Source of the DNA: an uncultured bacterium
GTDB taxonomy: Bacteria > Desulfobacterota > Deferrimicrobia > Deferrimicrobiales > Deferrimicrobiaceae
Reading direction: 5' to 3'
Length of the DNA: 64,000 bases
Assembly: GCA_963829245.1 (NCBI GenBank)
Contig: CAWHIM010000037.1
Coordinates: 211,862-275,861, forward strand
Numbering within the stretch: position 1 is the first letter of the stretch; each line of letters opens with the position of its first letter. The notes under the pieces were generated by a model. That model had not been told where the DNA came from. It saw nothing but the letters and a program-made list of their open reading frames with translations, and searched no databases. The position numbers and the translations under genes were made by a program. Of this stretch, positions 17,374 through 27,176 are shown piece after piece.

Positions 17374-18873
17374 ATGTACCTCCGTCCATGTCTGCCGCTC
17401 CTGATTGGAGCCGCCACAATATTGCTATGGGCCATGCCGGCGGCCGCTCAAACCGCCCCATCGGATCCGCCCGTACCTGCTGTACCGGCACCACATCGCG
17501 ACACGGTGGCAGGGGAGCCAGGAGCAGGAGTGCCCGCAGCAGCGTCCTCGACCGCGGGACCTCCCGGCATATGGGAGCGCGCAAATCTTCTGGGTGACAT
17601 CGGAGGCCTGCGGACATTTCTCGGGAACTACGGGATCTCCATCGGTCTCTCGGAGACCAGCGAAGTGCTCGGGAACGTCACGGGCGGAATCCGCCGCGGG
17701 GCAACCTACGATGGCTTGACGACGATGAACGTGGGTTTGGATACCGCCAAGGCGTTCCATTGGTCCGGCGGCACCTTCAACGTCAGCGCCCTGCAGATCC
17801 ACGGCCGCAGCCTCAGCGCCTCCAACCTCTACAATCTCCAGACGGCGAGCAATATCGAAGCCGACCGGGCGACGCGTCTCTGGGAACTTTGGTATGAGCA
17901 AGTGTTCTTGGACGGAACGGCGGCCCTGAGGATCGGCCAGCAAAGCATCGACCAGGAATTTATCGTCAGCCAATTCGCCTGTCTATACCTGAACGCGGCG
18001 ATGGGTTGGCCCATGCTGCCTTCGGCCGATCTCTACGCCGGCGGCCCGGCCTATCCGTTATCCTCGCCGGGCATGCGTCTCCGTGTGCAACCGATCGATC
18101 CGCTGACACTGCTGGGAGGCGTGTTCAACGACAATCCGCCGGGCGGTCCCTTCATCGACGATTCACCGGTACGTGGCAGGGAAGCGTCCGGCACACGCTT
18201 CAACCTGAACACCGGCACCCTTTTTATCGGCGAGCTTCAATATGCGGCCAACCGTTCCAATGCCGGGAAAATGAACTGCGATAACGTTTTTTGCGGTCTA
18301 CCCGGCACGTACAAGCTGGGCAGCTGGTATGACACCGCCGGCTTCCCCGATCAACGGTTCGACGCGGCAGGTGTGTCGCTCGCAGATCCGGCCAGCAGCG
18401 GCAACGCGCGAATGCACCGGGGTAATTTCAGCGTTTATGGCGTTGTCGATCAGATGGTGTGGCGTCAGCCGGACGGACCGCGTTCCGTCGGCGTCTTTGC
18501 CGGGATCATGGGGGCTCCCGCTGATCGTAATTTGGTCGATTGGAGCTTCGACGCAGGTGTGAACGTGAAAGCGCCGCTGCCGGGGCGCGTCGATGACACC
18601 TTCGGCATCGGTTACGGCTGGGCCCACATCAGCGCGCGCGCAGGGGACCTCGACAAGGATCGCGCAACGTTCTCCGGGTCCGCCATCCCGGTCCGCTCCA
18701 GCGAGACCTTCATCGAGCTGACATACCAGGCGCGGGTCTTGCCGTGGTGGACCGTGCAGCCCGATCTTCAATATCTGCGAAACCCCGGAGGACGCCTCCA
18801 GAATCCGGTAGACCCTACCAAGCGCATCGGCAATGAGCTGATTCTCGGTCTACGCACAACGGTCACATTCTGA
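17374..18873 (+). CDS. OprB-family carbohydrate-selective porin
   Basis: 499 aa with a signal peptide ending AAAQ. LLGDIGGLRTFLGNYGISIG...LWELWYEQVFLDGTAALRIGQQ matches the OprB family. Confidence 0.85.
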   Translation: MYLRPCLPLLIGAATILLWAMPAAAQTAPSDPPVPAVPAPHRDTVAGEPGAGVPAAASSTAGPPGIWERANLLGDIGGLRTFLGNYGISIGLSETSEVLGNVTGGIRRGATYDGLTTMNVGLDTAKAFHWSGGTFNVSALQIHGRSLSASNLYNLQTASNIEADRATRLWELWYEQVFLDGTAALRIGQQSIDQEFIVSQFACLYLNAAMGWPMLPSADLYAGGPAYPLSSPGMRLRVQPIDPLTLLGGVFNDNPPGGPFIDDSPVRGREASGTRFNLNTGTLFIGELQYAANRSNAGKMNCDNVFCGLPGTYKLGSWYDTAGFPDQRFDAAGVSLADPASSGNARMHRGNFSVYGVVDQMVWRQPDGPRSVGVFAGIMGAPADRNLVDWSFDAGVNVKAPLPGRVDDTFGIGYGWAHISARAGDLDKDRATFSGSAIPVRSSETFIELTYQARVLPWWTVQPDLQYLRNPGGRLQNPVDPTKRIGNELILGLRTTVTF

Positions 18874-18885
18874 ACAGTGGGAGGT

Positions 18886-19311
18886 TTACGAGTTATTATA
18901 TTTATTTCGGATGTCCTCTGGAATGAACATTGCGCAATACGGACATTCTATTGAATTTGACGGGATAGATTGTCGGCAATAAGGACATAAAATAGTAGAT
19001 TCCTTTGATGTATTTACAGATGGAACGAAATTGCATCCACAGTTCTTGCAAGCCCGCTCTCCTTTTGGGATAACCCCCTTGCATTTAGGGCAAACATATT
19101 GTGTATTTGGCGTTATTTTTTGCTTTACACCTACTATTAAATAAAGGATAATGCCGATTATTGGTAAAAATGTCACTGCAAGAATCCATTTAATATGATT
19201 ATTTCCGCTGAATTTGCTTTTTAATATATCTGCAATACACCAAATTGAAAGACTTAACGATACCAGAATTAATGGAATCGTTGGTGCCTCTTGAGATCCC
19301 ACGCGGAACAT
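18886..19311 (-). CDS. small membrane protein: PLD-nuclease-N-terminal-like TM domain plus two zinc ribbons
   Basis: 141 aa in AT-rich DNA. TM pair with KWILAVTFLPIIGIILYLIVG, then CPKCKGVIPKGERACKNCGC and CPYCRQSIPSNSIECPYC. Confidence 0.6.
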   Translation of the reverse strand: MFRVGSQEAPTIPLILVSLSLSIWCIADILKSKFSGNNHIKWILAVTFLPIIGIILYLIVGVKQKITPNTQYVCPKCKGVIPKGERACKNCGCNFVPSVNTSKESTILCPYCRQSIPSNSIECPYCAMFIPEDIRNKYNNS

Positions 19312-19340
19312 CTCCTTTCTCCTGCATACAATTCCGTCTT

Positions 19341-19808
19341 TTACCGCTCTTGTCTCTCCGAATGCTCCAGGTGCTCCTTGAAGGAGTTGAACGAGCCGGT
19401 GATAACTCCCGCCTGGTCGATGACCATGATTTTGTTGTCCGCGATAGCGTGTTTCGCATCGATGAATGTGGGGATGCCGTCGTTCGCAACGAACGGGACT
19501 GAAGTGTAATGCGCGATTCGTTGGCTCCCGTCAAGGAGAACGGTCACCTTTACCCCACGCTTGTGCGCGTCCACCAGAGCATTCGCGATCGGCGCGGAGG
19601 TGAAGGTGTATGCCTGGACCAGGATCTCCGTCTTCGCGTTCCCCAGTTCACGGACGACGGCTTCCGTTGCACCGCCATCGGGGGAGAAGAAAACTTGGAC
19701 GACCTCTGCAGCCAGTGGGCCGGCGGAGACCGGTGGCGCAGGAGAAGAGCTGGTATAGAGGAGGGGAAGAAACAGGCACCAGAACAGTCGAGGGCACTTG
19801 GCAGCCAT
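19341..19808 (-). CDS. Nuc-like phospholipase D family endonuclease, apparently degenerate
   Basis: 155 aa with a signal peptide. The FSPDGGATEAVVRELGNAKTEILVQAYTFTS...KIMVIDQAGVITGSFN layout matches PLD/Nuc. The expected HxK reads D-N-K, and the region after GSFN is much shorter than I expect for Nuc. Confidence 0.55.
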   Translation of the reverse strand: MAAKCPRLFWCLFLPLLYTSSSPAPPVSAGPLAAEVVQVFFSPDGGATEAVVRELGNAKTEILVQAYTFTSAPIANALVDAHKRGVKVTVLLDGSQRIAHYTSVPFVANDGIPTFIDAKHAIADNKIMVIDQAGVITGSFNSFKEHLEHSERQER

Positions 19809-19839
19809 GAAGGAAGTCTACACGGAATTTGCGAGGAGG

Positions 19840-20010
19840 AAAATCGCTCTGGACTGCATTCGTCCGGGGAAGCCGATCGAGAACGCCTACATAGAGAGCT
19901 TCAACGGTCGGCTCCGGCAGTGGCGGATGGGCTGCAACGAGCACCGGCCGCACACGTCTTGGGCAACCAGACGCCCGAGCAATTCGAGGCGGAATGGCAA
20001 CTATCCAGGG
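19840..20010 (+). mobile_element. IS3-family transposase (OrfB integrase core) C-terminal remnant, frameshifted
   Basis: DCIRPGKPIENAYIESFNGRLRQ ... EHRPHTS is in one frame and LGNQTPEQFEAEW in the next. Both are the conserved DDE-transposase tail. No N-terminal part and no inverted repeats seen. Confidence 0.6.
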
Positions 20011-20264
20011 CCGCGAAGGAGGGGATTGTTTTCAACTTCGGGTTGGACCAAAGAAGGGGGGAGGCTCACCTTGAGTCACCTCTTGTCGCGGTGCGCCGCA
20101 ATCCGGGGGACTCTGCCAAGTCGTGAGGAAAGGCATCAGGCCCTGGCCCTTTTCCTTTATTATTCCCTGTAGCAGAATAAAGCAATCGACCTGTTGTCCG
20201 GTCTTTCGGGTCGTTCGGAAGAGGAAAACCTCCTCGGGAGAGTCACCACAAGAAAGGAGAAGTT

Positions 20265-21368
20265 ATGGGCGGGAAAGGATTCCGGATCCTCTGCCTCACG
20301 GTCGTCGTCTGTTGCCTCGCCTCCGGGGTAGTCCTGTCGGCGGGAAACCCCGCCGGGCCCGGAACGGCCGCTTCCGTGGTGGCTGCCGCGCAAAAGGAAG
20401 GGAAGCTGATCGTCTACTCCACCACCGATGCCACCTCGGCGGAGCCGCTCCTGAAGGACTTCCGGTCCCTCTATCCCGGGATCCAGTTGGAGTACAGCGA
20501 CCTGAACAGCACGGAGCTGTACAACCGCTTCATCAGTGAAGCGGCCGCGGGGGTGGGCTCCGGGGACTTCCTCTGGAGCTCGGCGATGGACCTGCAGATC
20601 AAGCTCGCCAACGACGGCTACGCGATGGAGTACAACACCCCCGAAGCCGCGAAGCTCCCCTCGTGGTCGATCTGGAGGAACGAGGCGTTCGGTACCACCT
20701 TCGAGCCGATCGTATTCGTGTACAACAAGCGGCTCCTGGCGGCGAAGGAAATCCCCCGGACCCACGCGGACCTCGTGCGGTTGCTTGCCGCCGACCCGAA
20801 ACGTTTCCAGGGCAAGCTGACCTCCTACGACCCGGAGCGCAGCGGGGTCGGTTTCAACTACATCACCCAGGATGCCGCCATCGATCCCGGCTTCTGGAAC
20901 ATGGTGAAGACCTTCGGCCGCGTCGGCATAAAGCTGTACACCAGCACGGGAGCGATGATGGAGCGCATCCAGTCCGGGGAGCACCTGATCGGGTACAACA
21001 TGATCGGCTCCTACGCCCTGAAGCGCATGAAGAAGGATGCCTCCCTGGGCCTGGTCTACCCGAACGACTACACCCTCGTCATGTCGCGCATCGCCATCAT
21101 CCCGAAGGCGGCGAAGCACCCCAACGCCGCGAAGTTGTTCCTCGACTACCTACTCTCCGCTCGCGGGCAGGACATCCTGGCGAACCAGTCCCTGCTCTTC
21201 GCCATCCGCTCGGGCATCACGGGGGAAGCGACGGAGACGAGCCTTACGAAGATCCTCGGGAAGAGCCTGAAGCCGATCCACGTCGGTCCGGAGCTGCTGA
21301 CGTACCTCGACCAGGCAAAGCGGCTTGACTTCCTGAAGAAGTGGGAGCTTGCGGTGACCGGCAAGTGA
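20265..21368 (+). CDS. ABC transporter substrate-binding protein (Fe3+/family-1 solute-binding type)
   Basis: 367 aa with a signal peptide. KLIVYSTTDATSAEPLLKDFRSLYPGIQLEY is typical of FbpA/AfuA-like binding proteins. Confidence 0.85.
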   Translation: MGGKGFRILCLTVVVCCLASGVVLSAGNPAGPGTAASVVAAAQKEGKLIVYSTTDATSAEPLLKDFRSLYPGIQLEYSDLNSTELYNRFISEAAAGVGSGDFLWSSAMDLQIKLANDGYAMEYNTPEAAKLPSWSIWRNEAFGTTFEPIVFVYNKRLLAAKEIPRTHADLVRLLAADPKRFQGKLTSYDPERSGVGFNYITQDAAIDPGFWNMVKTFGRVGIKLYTSTGAMMERIQSGEHLIGYNMIGSYALKRMKKDASLGLVYPNDYTLVMSRIAIIPKAAKHPNAAKLFLDYLLSARGQDILANQSLLFAIRSGITGEATETSLTKILGKSLKPIHVGPELLTYLDQAKRLDFLKKWELAVTGK

Positions 21369-21370
21369 CC

Positions 21371-23047
21371 ATGCGGACCCCCACCCCTTGGAGGCGGATC
21401 ACCGTTGTGATCGCCACGGGGTGCGCGGTCCTGATGCCGCTTGGGATCATCCTCTACCAGAGTTTTCTGGACGCCCCGTTCTTTATGCCCGCGGCCAGGC
21501 CGTCGCTGTCGGCGTACCGCTACGTCCTCTGGGATGGGGACTTCCATCGCGCTTTCCTCACGTCCCTGGCCATCGCCCTGGGAATGGCCGGGATCTCGGT
21601 TCCCCTCGGGAGCCTGCTGGCATTCCTGCTGGTGCGCACCGATCTCCCGGGGCGCGGCTGGCTGGAGCCGGTCGTCCTCATCCCGATCTTCGTTTCACCG
21701 GTGGTTCTCGCCTTCGGGTACGTCGTATCCGTGGGGCCTGTCGGATTCTTCTCCCTCTGGTTCCGTCAACTGGCAGGAACGATCCCGTGGAACCTGTATT
21801 CGCTTTCCAGCCTTATCCTCATCGCAGGGTTGACCCATATTCCGCACGTCTACCTCTATACTTCCTCGACTCTCCGCAGCCTGGCATCGGACCTCGAAGA
21901 GGCGGCCCGGATCTCGGGGGCAAGCCCATGGAACGTGGCGCTGCACGTCAGCCTCCCGATGGTGTGGCCGTCCATCCTGTTCAGCGGCGTCCTCGTCTTC
22001 TTCCTCGGCTTCGAGCTCTTCGGGCTGCCGCTGATCCTGGGGGACCCCGAGGGGCTCCTTGTGCTGACCACGTATCTCTACAAGCTGACCAACCGGCTCG
22101 GAGTCCCTTCCTACCAGCTCATGGCGGTGGTGGCCGTCTCCATCGTGGCCATCTCTTTCCCGCTGGTGTACCTGCAGCGCCGCCTGCTGGGGATCTCGAA
22201 CCGTTACGTCTCCGTTCGCGGGAAAGGGATGTCGCAGCGTCCCCTTCCACTCGGTGCGTGGCGCTGGGTAGGGTTCGGGGCGATCATGCTCTGGCTGGCG
22301 GTGACGGTCGTCCTTCCGCTTTCCGGCATCTTCCTGCGATCGGTGGTCAGCTCGTGGGGCGAGGGGGTGATGCTCCGGGAGTCGCTCACCCTGGTCCATT
22401 TCCGGGATCTCCTGGAGGAACCTTCCCTGATCCGGGCCGTCCTCAACACCCTCGGAGTCGGTGTGATCGGGGGGGCGCTCGCGGTGGCATGTTACACGGC
22501 GATCGGGTTGGCGTTGCACCGGTGGAAGCATTTCTGGGCGAAGGTCCTCGATTACATGGTGATGGTTCCCCGGGGCATGCCCGGCCTCGTCGCGGGCCTG
22601 GCTTTCCTCTGGGTGTTCCTCTTCTACAAGCCCCTGGTCCCGCTTCGGAGCACGATGTTCAGCATCTGGCTGGCGTACAGTGTCGTGTGGCTGGCATATG
22701 GAATCCGCCTGATCTCCAGCGCTCTTTTCCAGGTCGGCCCCGAACTCGAGGAGGCCGCCCGCAGCGCGGGAGCCACCCCGAGCCAGGTGATACGCCATGT
22801 CACGCTCCCCCTCGTGCGGTTCGGGCTCATCGGCAGCTGGGTCCTGATCTTCATGATCTTCGTGAGGGAATACTCCACGGCGGTGTACCTCCTTGGTCCC
22901 GGTACAGAGGTCATCGGTTCGATGATCGTCTCGCTGTGGGGAACAGGTGCCGTGGATGTGGTGGCCGCGCTCTCGGCGATCAACATTCTTCTCGTTGCCG
23001 CCGGGCTGGTGATCGCCCTGCGCCTGGGGGTGCGTCTCCATGCCTGA
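21371..23047 (+). CDS. ABC transporter permease, duplicated (FbpB-like two-domain)
   Basis: About 558 aa with 12 predicted TM segments. Two EAA-like loops: EEAARISGASPWNV and EEAARSAGATPSQV. Confidence 0.85.
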   Translation: MRTPTPWRRITVVIATGCAVLMPLGIILYQSFLDAPFFMPAARPSLSAYRYVLWDGDFHRAFLTSLAIALGMAGISVPLGSLLAFLLVRTDLPGRGWLEPVVLIPIFVSPVVLAFGYVVSVGPVGFFSLWFRQLAGTIPWNLYSLSSLILIAGLTHIPHVYLYTSSTLRSLASDLEEAARISGASPWNVALHVSLPMVWPSILFSGVLVFFLGFELFGLPLILGDPEGLLVLTTYLYKLTNRLGVPSYQLMAVVAVSIVAISFPLVYLQRRLLGISNRYVSVRGKGMSQRPLPLGAWRWVGFGAIMLWLAVTVVLPLSGIFLRSVVSSWGEGVMLRESLTLVHFRDLLEEPSLIRAVLNTLGVGVIGGALAVACYTAIGLALHRWKHFWAKVLDYMVMVPRGMPGLVAGLAFLWVFLFYKPLVPLRSTMFSIWLAYSVVWLAYGIRLISSALFQVGPELEEAARSAGATPSQVIRHVTLPLVRFGLIGSWVLIFMIFVREYSTAVYLLGPGTEVIGSMIVSLWGTGAVDVVAALSAINILLVAAGLVIALRLGVRLHA

Positions 23048-24095
23048 CCTGTCCGTCTCGGAAGTCTGCAAGCGCCTCGGGGGGAACGTGATCCTGAAGG
23101 GCGTTTCCTTCGAAATGGCCCGCGGGGAAGTGATTGCGTTGCTGGGGCCGTCAGGCAGCGGGAAGACGACGCTCCTGCGCGCCATCGCCGGACTGGACCA
23201 TCCGGACACGGGCCGGATCACGCTCGGAGACCAGGTGCTCTTCGACTCCGATACGGGGCAGTTGGTCCCTGCCGAGAAACGGAATCTCGGGTTGGTTTTC
23301 CAGTCCTATGCCCTGTGGCCGCACCGCACGGTGTACGAAAACGTGGCGTACGGGCTCAAGCTCCGCAAGATACCCCCGGCGGAAATCCGCGAGCGGGTGT
23401 TCACCGTACTCGGACAGATCGGCCTGGAGGGACTCTCGGAGCGGCACCCGCACCAGCTTTCCGGCGGCCAGCAGCAGCGCGTGGCCCTCGCGCGCGCCCT
23501 GGTCTACAACCCCCGGGTGATCCTTCTGGACGAGCCGCTGTCCAATCTGGACACCAAACTGCGGGAGGAAGCCCGCGCCTGGCTCAGGGAGTTCATCGAC
23601 CGCCTCAACATCGGAGCGGTCTGCGTGACCCACGACCAGACCGAGGCGCTGGCGATCGCGGATCGCATCCTCCTTCTGTCGTCCGGCCGCATCGAGCAGG
23701 AAGGGACGCCGGAAGCAATTTACGGCGAACCGGATACCCTTTTTTCCGCGGAGTTCATGGGGAACAACAACCGATTCCCCGGGAAGATCGCAGAGATCCG
23801 GGGAGATCTGGCGAAGGTGGAGGGAGAGGGGTGGTCGCTCTGGGGGCGTCTCCGGGCGCAACACAGCCCCGGAGATCCTGCCACGGGGGTCATCCGGGTG
23901 GAGAAGACCTGCATCGTGGAAGCAGCGGGGGAGAATACGCTGCCCGCCCGGCTGGAGACCGCCATGTTTCTCGGGGAACAGTGGGAGTGCCTGTTCAGGG
24001 TCGGTGACCTGCGAATCCGCGTGTGGGCGGACGATGCTCCCGACCGGAAGCCTTCCTACCTTTCCTTCCCCTCCGGGATGCTCTGGGTGTTCTGA
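23040..24095 (+). CDS. ABC transporter ATP-binding protein (FbpC/PotA type)
   Basis: Walker [10 protein letters not shown], signature [15 protein letters not shown], Walker B ILLDEPLS, and a C-terminal TOBE-like domain. Confidence 0.9.
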   Translation: MPDLSVSEVCKRLGGNVILKGVSFEMARGEVIALLGPSGSGKTTLLRAIAGLDHPDTGRITLGDQVLFDSDTGQLVPAEKRNLGLVFQSYALWPHRTVYENVAYGLKLRKIPPAEIRERVFTVLGQIGLEGLSERHPHQLSGGQQQRVALARALVYNPRVILLDEPLSNLDTKLREEARAWLREFIDRLNIGAVCVTHDQTEALAIADRILLLSSGRIEQEGTPEAIYGEPDTLFSAEFMGNNNRFPGKIAEIRGDLAKVEGEGWSLWGRLRAQHSPGDPATGVIRVEKTCIVEAAGENTLPARLETAMFLGEQWECLFRVGDLRIRVWADDAPDRKPSYLSFPSGMLWVF

Positions 24096-24337
24096 CTCTT
24101 CTCCACTGAACTCTTGTTAAGCGATCATTCGATCGTACCGTTGGGCGAAAAACGGTGAGCAGGCCAAAGCTACGGGGAGAATTTAAAACGGGGCAACGTC
24201 GATGGGCGTTTCAGAAATTTGCGGTATTTTTTTGTTGCCATTGCCATGCGGATAATATTATATTAACAAGATAGACTCTTCTTTAACCACCTCAGTGGCG
24301 TTTTGCTACCAAATTCCAACCTCTGGAGGGGCACACA

Positions 24338-24742
24338 ATGGAAACCGTAGGGAATAACATTGACCTCATGGCGAAAGAGATTAAGGATACACTTACCGAT
24401 TTCATGCTAAACCACTCAAGGATTGAACCTCGGAGGCCATACGTTGATGAAGTTTGTTGTTTAACCCCGGAAGGAGATCGTTGTTTTGATTTCCTGGATG
24501 ATGCGGGGCGCAAGGTACAGTCCTCTTTGTCAAAAAGTTATGGCCTATTTTACTCTACGTTACATACGTTATTAAAGGATCAACCCGATGACGTGTTGTT
24601 AAAAATGTCGAAGCTTAACGAAGTGATTATTAGAACAATAGATCATAGGATTACTTTTTGTGAAAATACTAAACAAGCGTTACATCGTGGAATTGCGGCA
24701 CTTGATGACCAAATGAATTTGTTAAAATCTGTATCCGAATAG
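24338..24742 (+). CDS. hypothetical protein in AT-rich DNA (orphan)
   Basis: 134-aa ORF with GGAGG upstream of the ATG. No recognisable motif. Confidence 0.4.
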   Translation: METVGNNIDLMAKEIKDTLTDFMLNHSRIEPRRPYVDEVCCLTPEGDRCFDFLDDAGRKVQSSLSKSYGLFYSTLHTLLKDQPDDVLLKMSKLNEVIIRTIDHRITFCENTKQALHRGIAALDDQMNLLKSVSE

Positions 24743-25407
24743 AAAAGACGGAAAGAGTAACGCTAAGATTAAAGAATGGTAACGCATGGACAACATAATA
24801 GATATCGCCAAGTTAATAAAATATAAGGCTGATGTAGTATCAATTTGACTCTTGACGATGGCATGTGCCCGTATTCTGTCGTCTGTCCGAAACACTGCGT
24901 GCGTAAAAATCCTGAAATTCCCACGTTCAGTTGGTTTACTGCAGGAGGCAGGTTGCCCTGCAGCGGGTTTTCCCTGCGATCTCATGTTTGTCGATAAAAA
25001 CAGGAAATACTCAAGAGGCATGAAAATTGCCGTTCCACCCCCATCGCGTAAATCGGGGGTTATTTCGAAGAATGTGTTGCAGGATTGTAATATCCTCGTT
25101 CAATAATTTCATTTTTCGCGTTATTCCTGCGTTCCACTTCTTCCCGTTGCTTGTCTCGGCCCTCTCCATGCACCGAATCCGTTGCGCATGTTCCCGGAAA
25201 GAGTCCTGCGACAAGATCTGCAAGCGGATGTCCACGCTGGCGACCTGGTGCAGGAAACTCGCCGGGATCCCGCTGCTCCACTCCCTTCCCATACACCGTT
25301 TCTTTCATCACGGGAACCGTGCTGACGATCCACGGCCAACCGCCGTGCCCTCGCACTAGCCGATAGCGGGTTTTCCTTCAACGAACGAAAGAACAAGGAG
25401 ATCTTTC

Positions 25408-26775
25408 ATGAAAACATGCGGGACACGTGTTCCTTTCATCCTTTCTTCCGTCCTCCTGGGAGTCCTTCTGCTGACCGGTTGTGGAGGCGGCGGCGAAGGC
25501 CAGTCCAGTTCTTCGGAAAGCGGAACTGCCGGGCAACTTGCGGCGGTCCGCGCAACTTCCAAAGCGTCCTATCTGGTGGTGGCGTGGAACGACCTCGGCA
25601 TGCACTGCCTGAACCCGGAGTACGACACGGCAGTGATCCTTCCTCCCTATAACACGCTCTGGGCGCAGGTCATCCAGCGCAGCAACCCACCGAAACTGGT
25701 GACCTCCGGGATCACCGTGGAGTACCGGGTCGTGAACAACACTTACTCTTACGGGAAGCGATCCTATGGCGGCTTCTGGAATTACGCCCTGAAGCTGTTC
25801 GGGGTCAGCCTCCAGCGCGACACGGGTCTGAACCTGGACGATCCTCAGGTGCAAAACGGCCTTTCCGGGACGATGCTCGCCAAAGGGGACCATTTCCAGG
25901 CCAGCGGCATCCCCGTGACCCCGGTGTCGGACAACAACAGCTGGAACCCATACCAGGTGGCGGAGATCACGGTGAAGGACCGAACGGGGAATGTCGTGGC
26001 GAAGACGCGGACGACGATCCCCACCTCCGATGAGATCAACTGCGCGAAGTGCCACGGCTCCACCCCATTCCAGGACATCCTCGCCAAGCACGACGCCATG
26101 CACGGCACTTCGCTTGTCAACCAGAAGCCGGTCCTGTGCGCGAGTTGCCACGGGAGCCCCGTCCTCGGCCAAGCGGGTGCCGGCTCCTCGGGGAAGTATC
26201 TCTCCCAGGCGATCCACGGTTCGCACGCTTCGCGGGGGGCGACCTGCTACGATTGCCATCCCGGCAACAACACGCAGTGCAGCAGAAGCCTGGCTCACAC
26301 GGCGCCGGACGGGAACTGCCGGAAGTGCCACGGGACGATGGCGGACGTGGCGTCCTCGGTCTCCACGGGTGCGCGTACGCCATGGCTGGGAGAGCCGGCA
26401 TGCTCCACCTGCCACACCGGCGTGGCCGGAGTGAGCACGGGGACGGCGCTCTATCGTGCTTCCGCGGGGCACGGCGGGATCTATTGCGAGGGTTGCCATG
26501 GAAGCCCGCACGCCATGATCCCTTCCCGCGAGGACTCCGACAATTACCAGGCGATCCAGTACCAGGGCGCGGCGAAAACCCTGGCAAGCTGCGGCGCCTG
26601 CCACTCCGGGTCCCGCGGGGAGCGGGGAAACTTCTTGGAGGAGCATGGTAACGGCAAGACCCCTTCGGCATGCAACGTCTGCCACACGGGGTTCACCAAC
26701 CCTTCACAGGACCGTTGGCCCCACGCGTTCCAGTGGAAGGACCGCAAGGGGGCCGGCACGGTGAGGAACGACTGA
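25408..26775 (+). CDS. octahaem c-type cytochrome lipoprotein
   Basis: Lipobox LLLTGC. Eight CxxCH motifs in the C-terminal 270 aa: CAKCH, CASCH, CYDCH, CRKCH, CSTCH, CEGCH, CGACH, CNVCH. A haem-free N-terminal domain of about 190 aa precedes them. Confidence 0.85.
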   Translation: MKTCGTRVPFILSSVLLGVLLLTGCGGGGEGQSSSSESGTAGQLAAVRATSKASYLVVAWNDLGMHCLNPEYDTAVILPPYNTLWAQVIQRSNPPKLVTSGITVEYRVVNNTYSYGKRSYGGFWNYALKLFGVSLQRDTGLNLDDPQVQNGLSGTMLAKGDHFQASGIPVTPVSDNNSWNPYQVAEITVKDRTGNVVAKTRTTIPTSDEINCAKCHGSTPFQDILAKHDAMHGTSLVNQKPVLCASCHGSPVLGQAGAGSSGKYLSQAIHGSHASRGATCYDCHPGNNTQCSRSLAHTAPDGNCRKCHGTMADVASSVSTGARTPWLGEPACSTCHTGVAGVSTGTALYRASAGHGGIYCEGCHGSPHAMIPSREDSDNYQAIQYQGAAKTLASCGACHSGSRGERGNFLEEHGNGKTPSACNVCHTGFTNPSQDRWPHAFQWKDRKGAGTVRND

Positions 26776-26794
26776 CGTTCTCCGTACGCGAGGC

Positions 26795-26823
26795 GGGGGG
26801 ATACGGTGCCACCGTATCCCCCC
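26795..26823 (+). terminator. strong hairpin after the cytochrome gene (no U-tract)
   Basis: GGGGGGATACGGT-GCC-ACCGTATCCCCCC: a perfect 13-bp stem. Confidence 0.45.
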
Positions 26824-27044
26824 GAATCTCCCCCAGGAACCTTTCAATCGTCAGGTTCTTTATTGTATTTTTCAATGCAGCATAACGGTCGGTTTCAGCC
26901 GCGTTGCCGAGCGCAGCGGAGCAACGACGGCTGAACCCCGTTATCAGGCGTCGGAATTTCTGACGCGCCCATAGGTCAGTGAAATGAAATGTCGGCGCCG
27001 ATGATGCCTCTGCTTTCGGGTTGCTACGCTCGAAGGAAAACGCC

Positions 27045-27176
27045 ATGCTTGATCTCATTGAAAATGGGAGGACGGAGGCGTCCATGGAAGTGGGGCGGAT
27101 CGTCAACGAAGACACCGCGGAGGCGCTGCTCGCCGATACCAAGGTCCGGGACGCGTACTTGGGGGGCGGGCGGTAG
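27045..27176 (+). pseudogene. possible remnant of a LivF-type ABC ATPase C-terminus
   Basis: MLDLIENGRTEASMEVGRIVNEDTAEALLADTKVRDAYLGGGR-stop resembles the ...ENGRIV.EG.A.ELLAD..VR.AYLGG tail. There is no upstream ATPase body. Confidence 0.3.
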
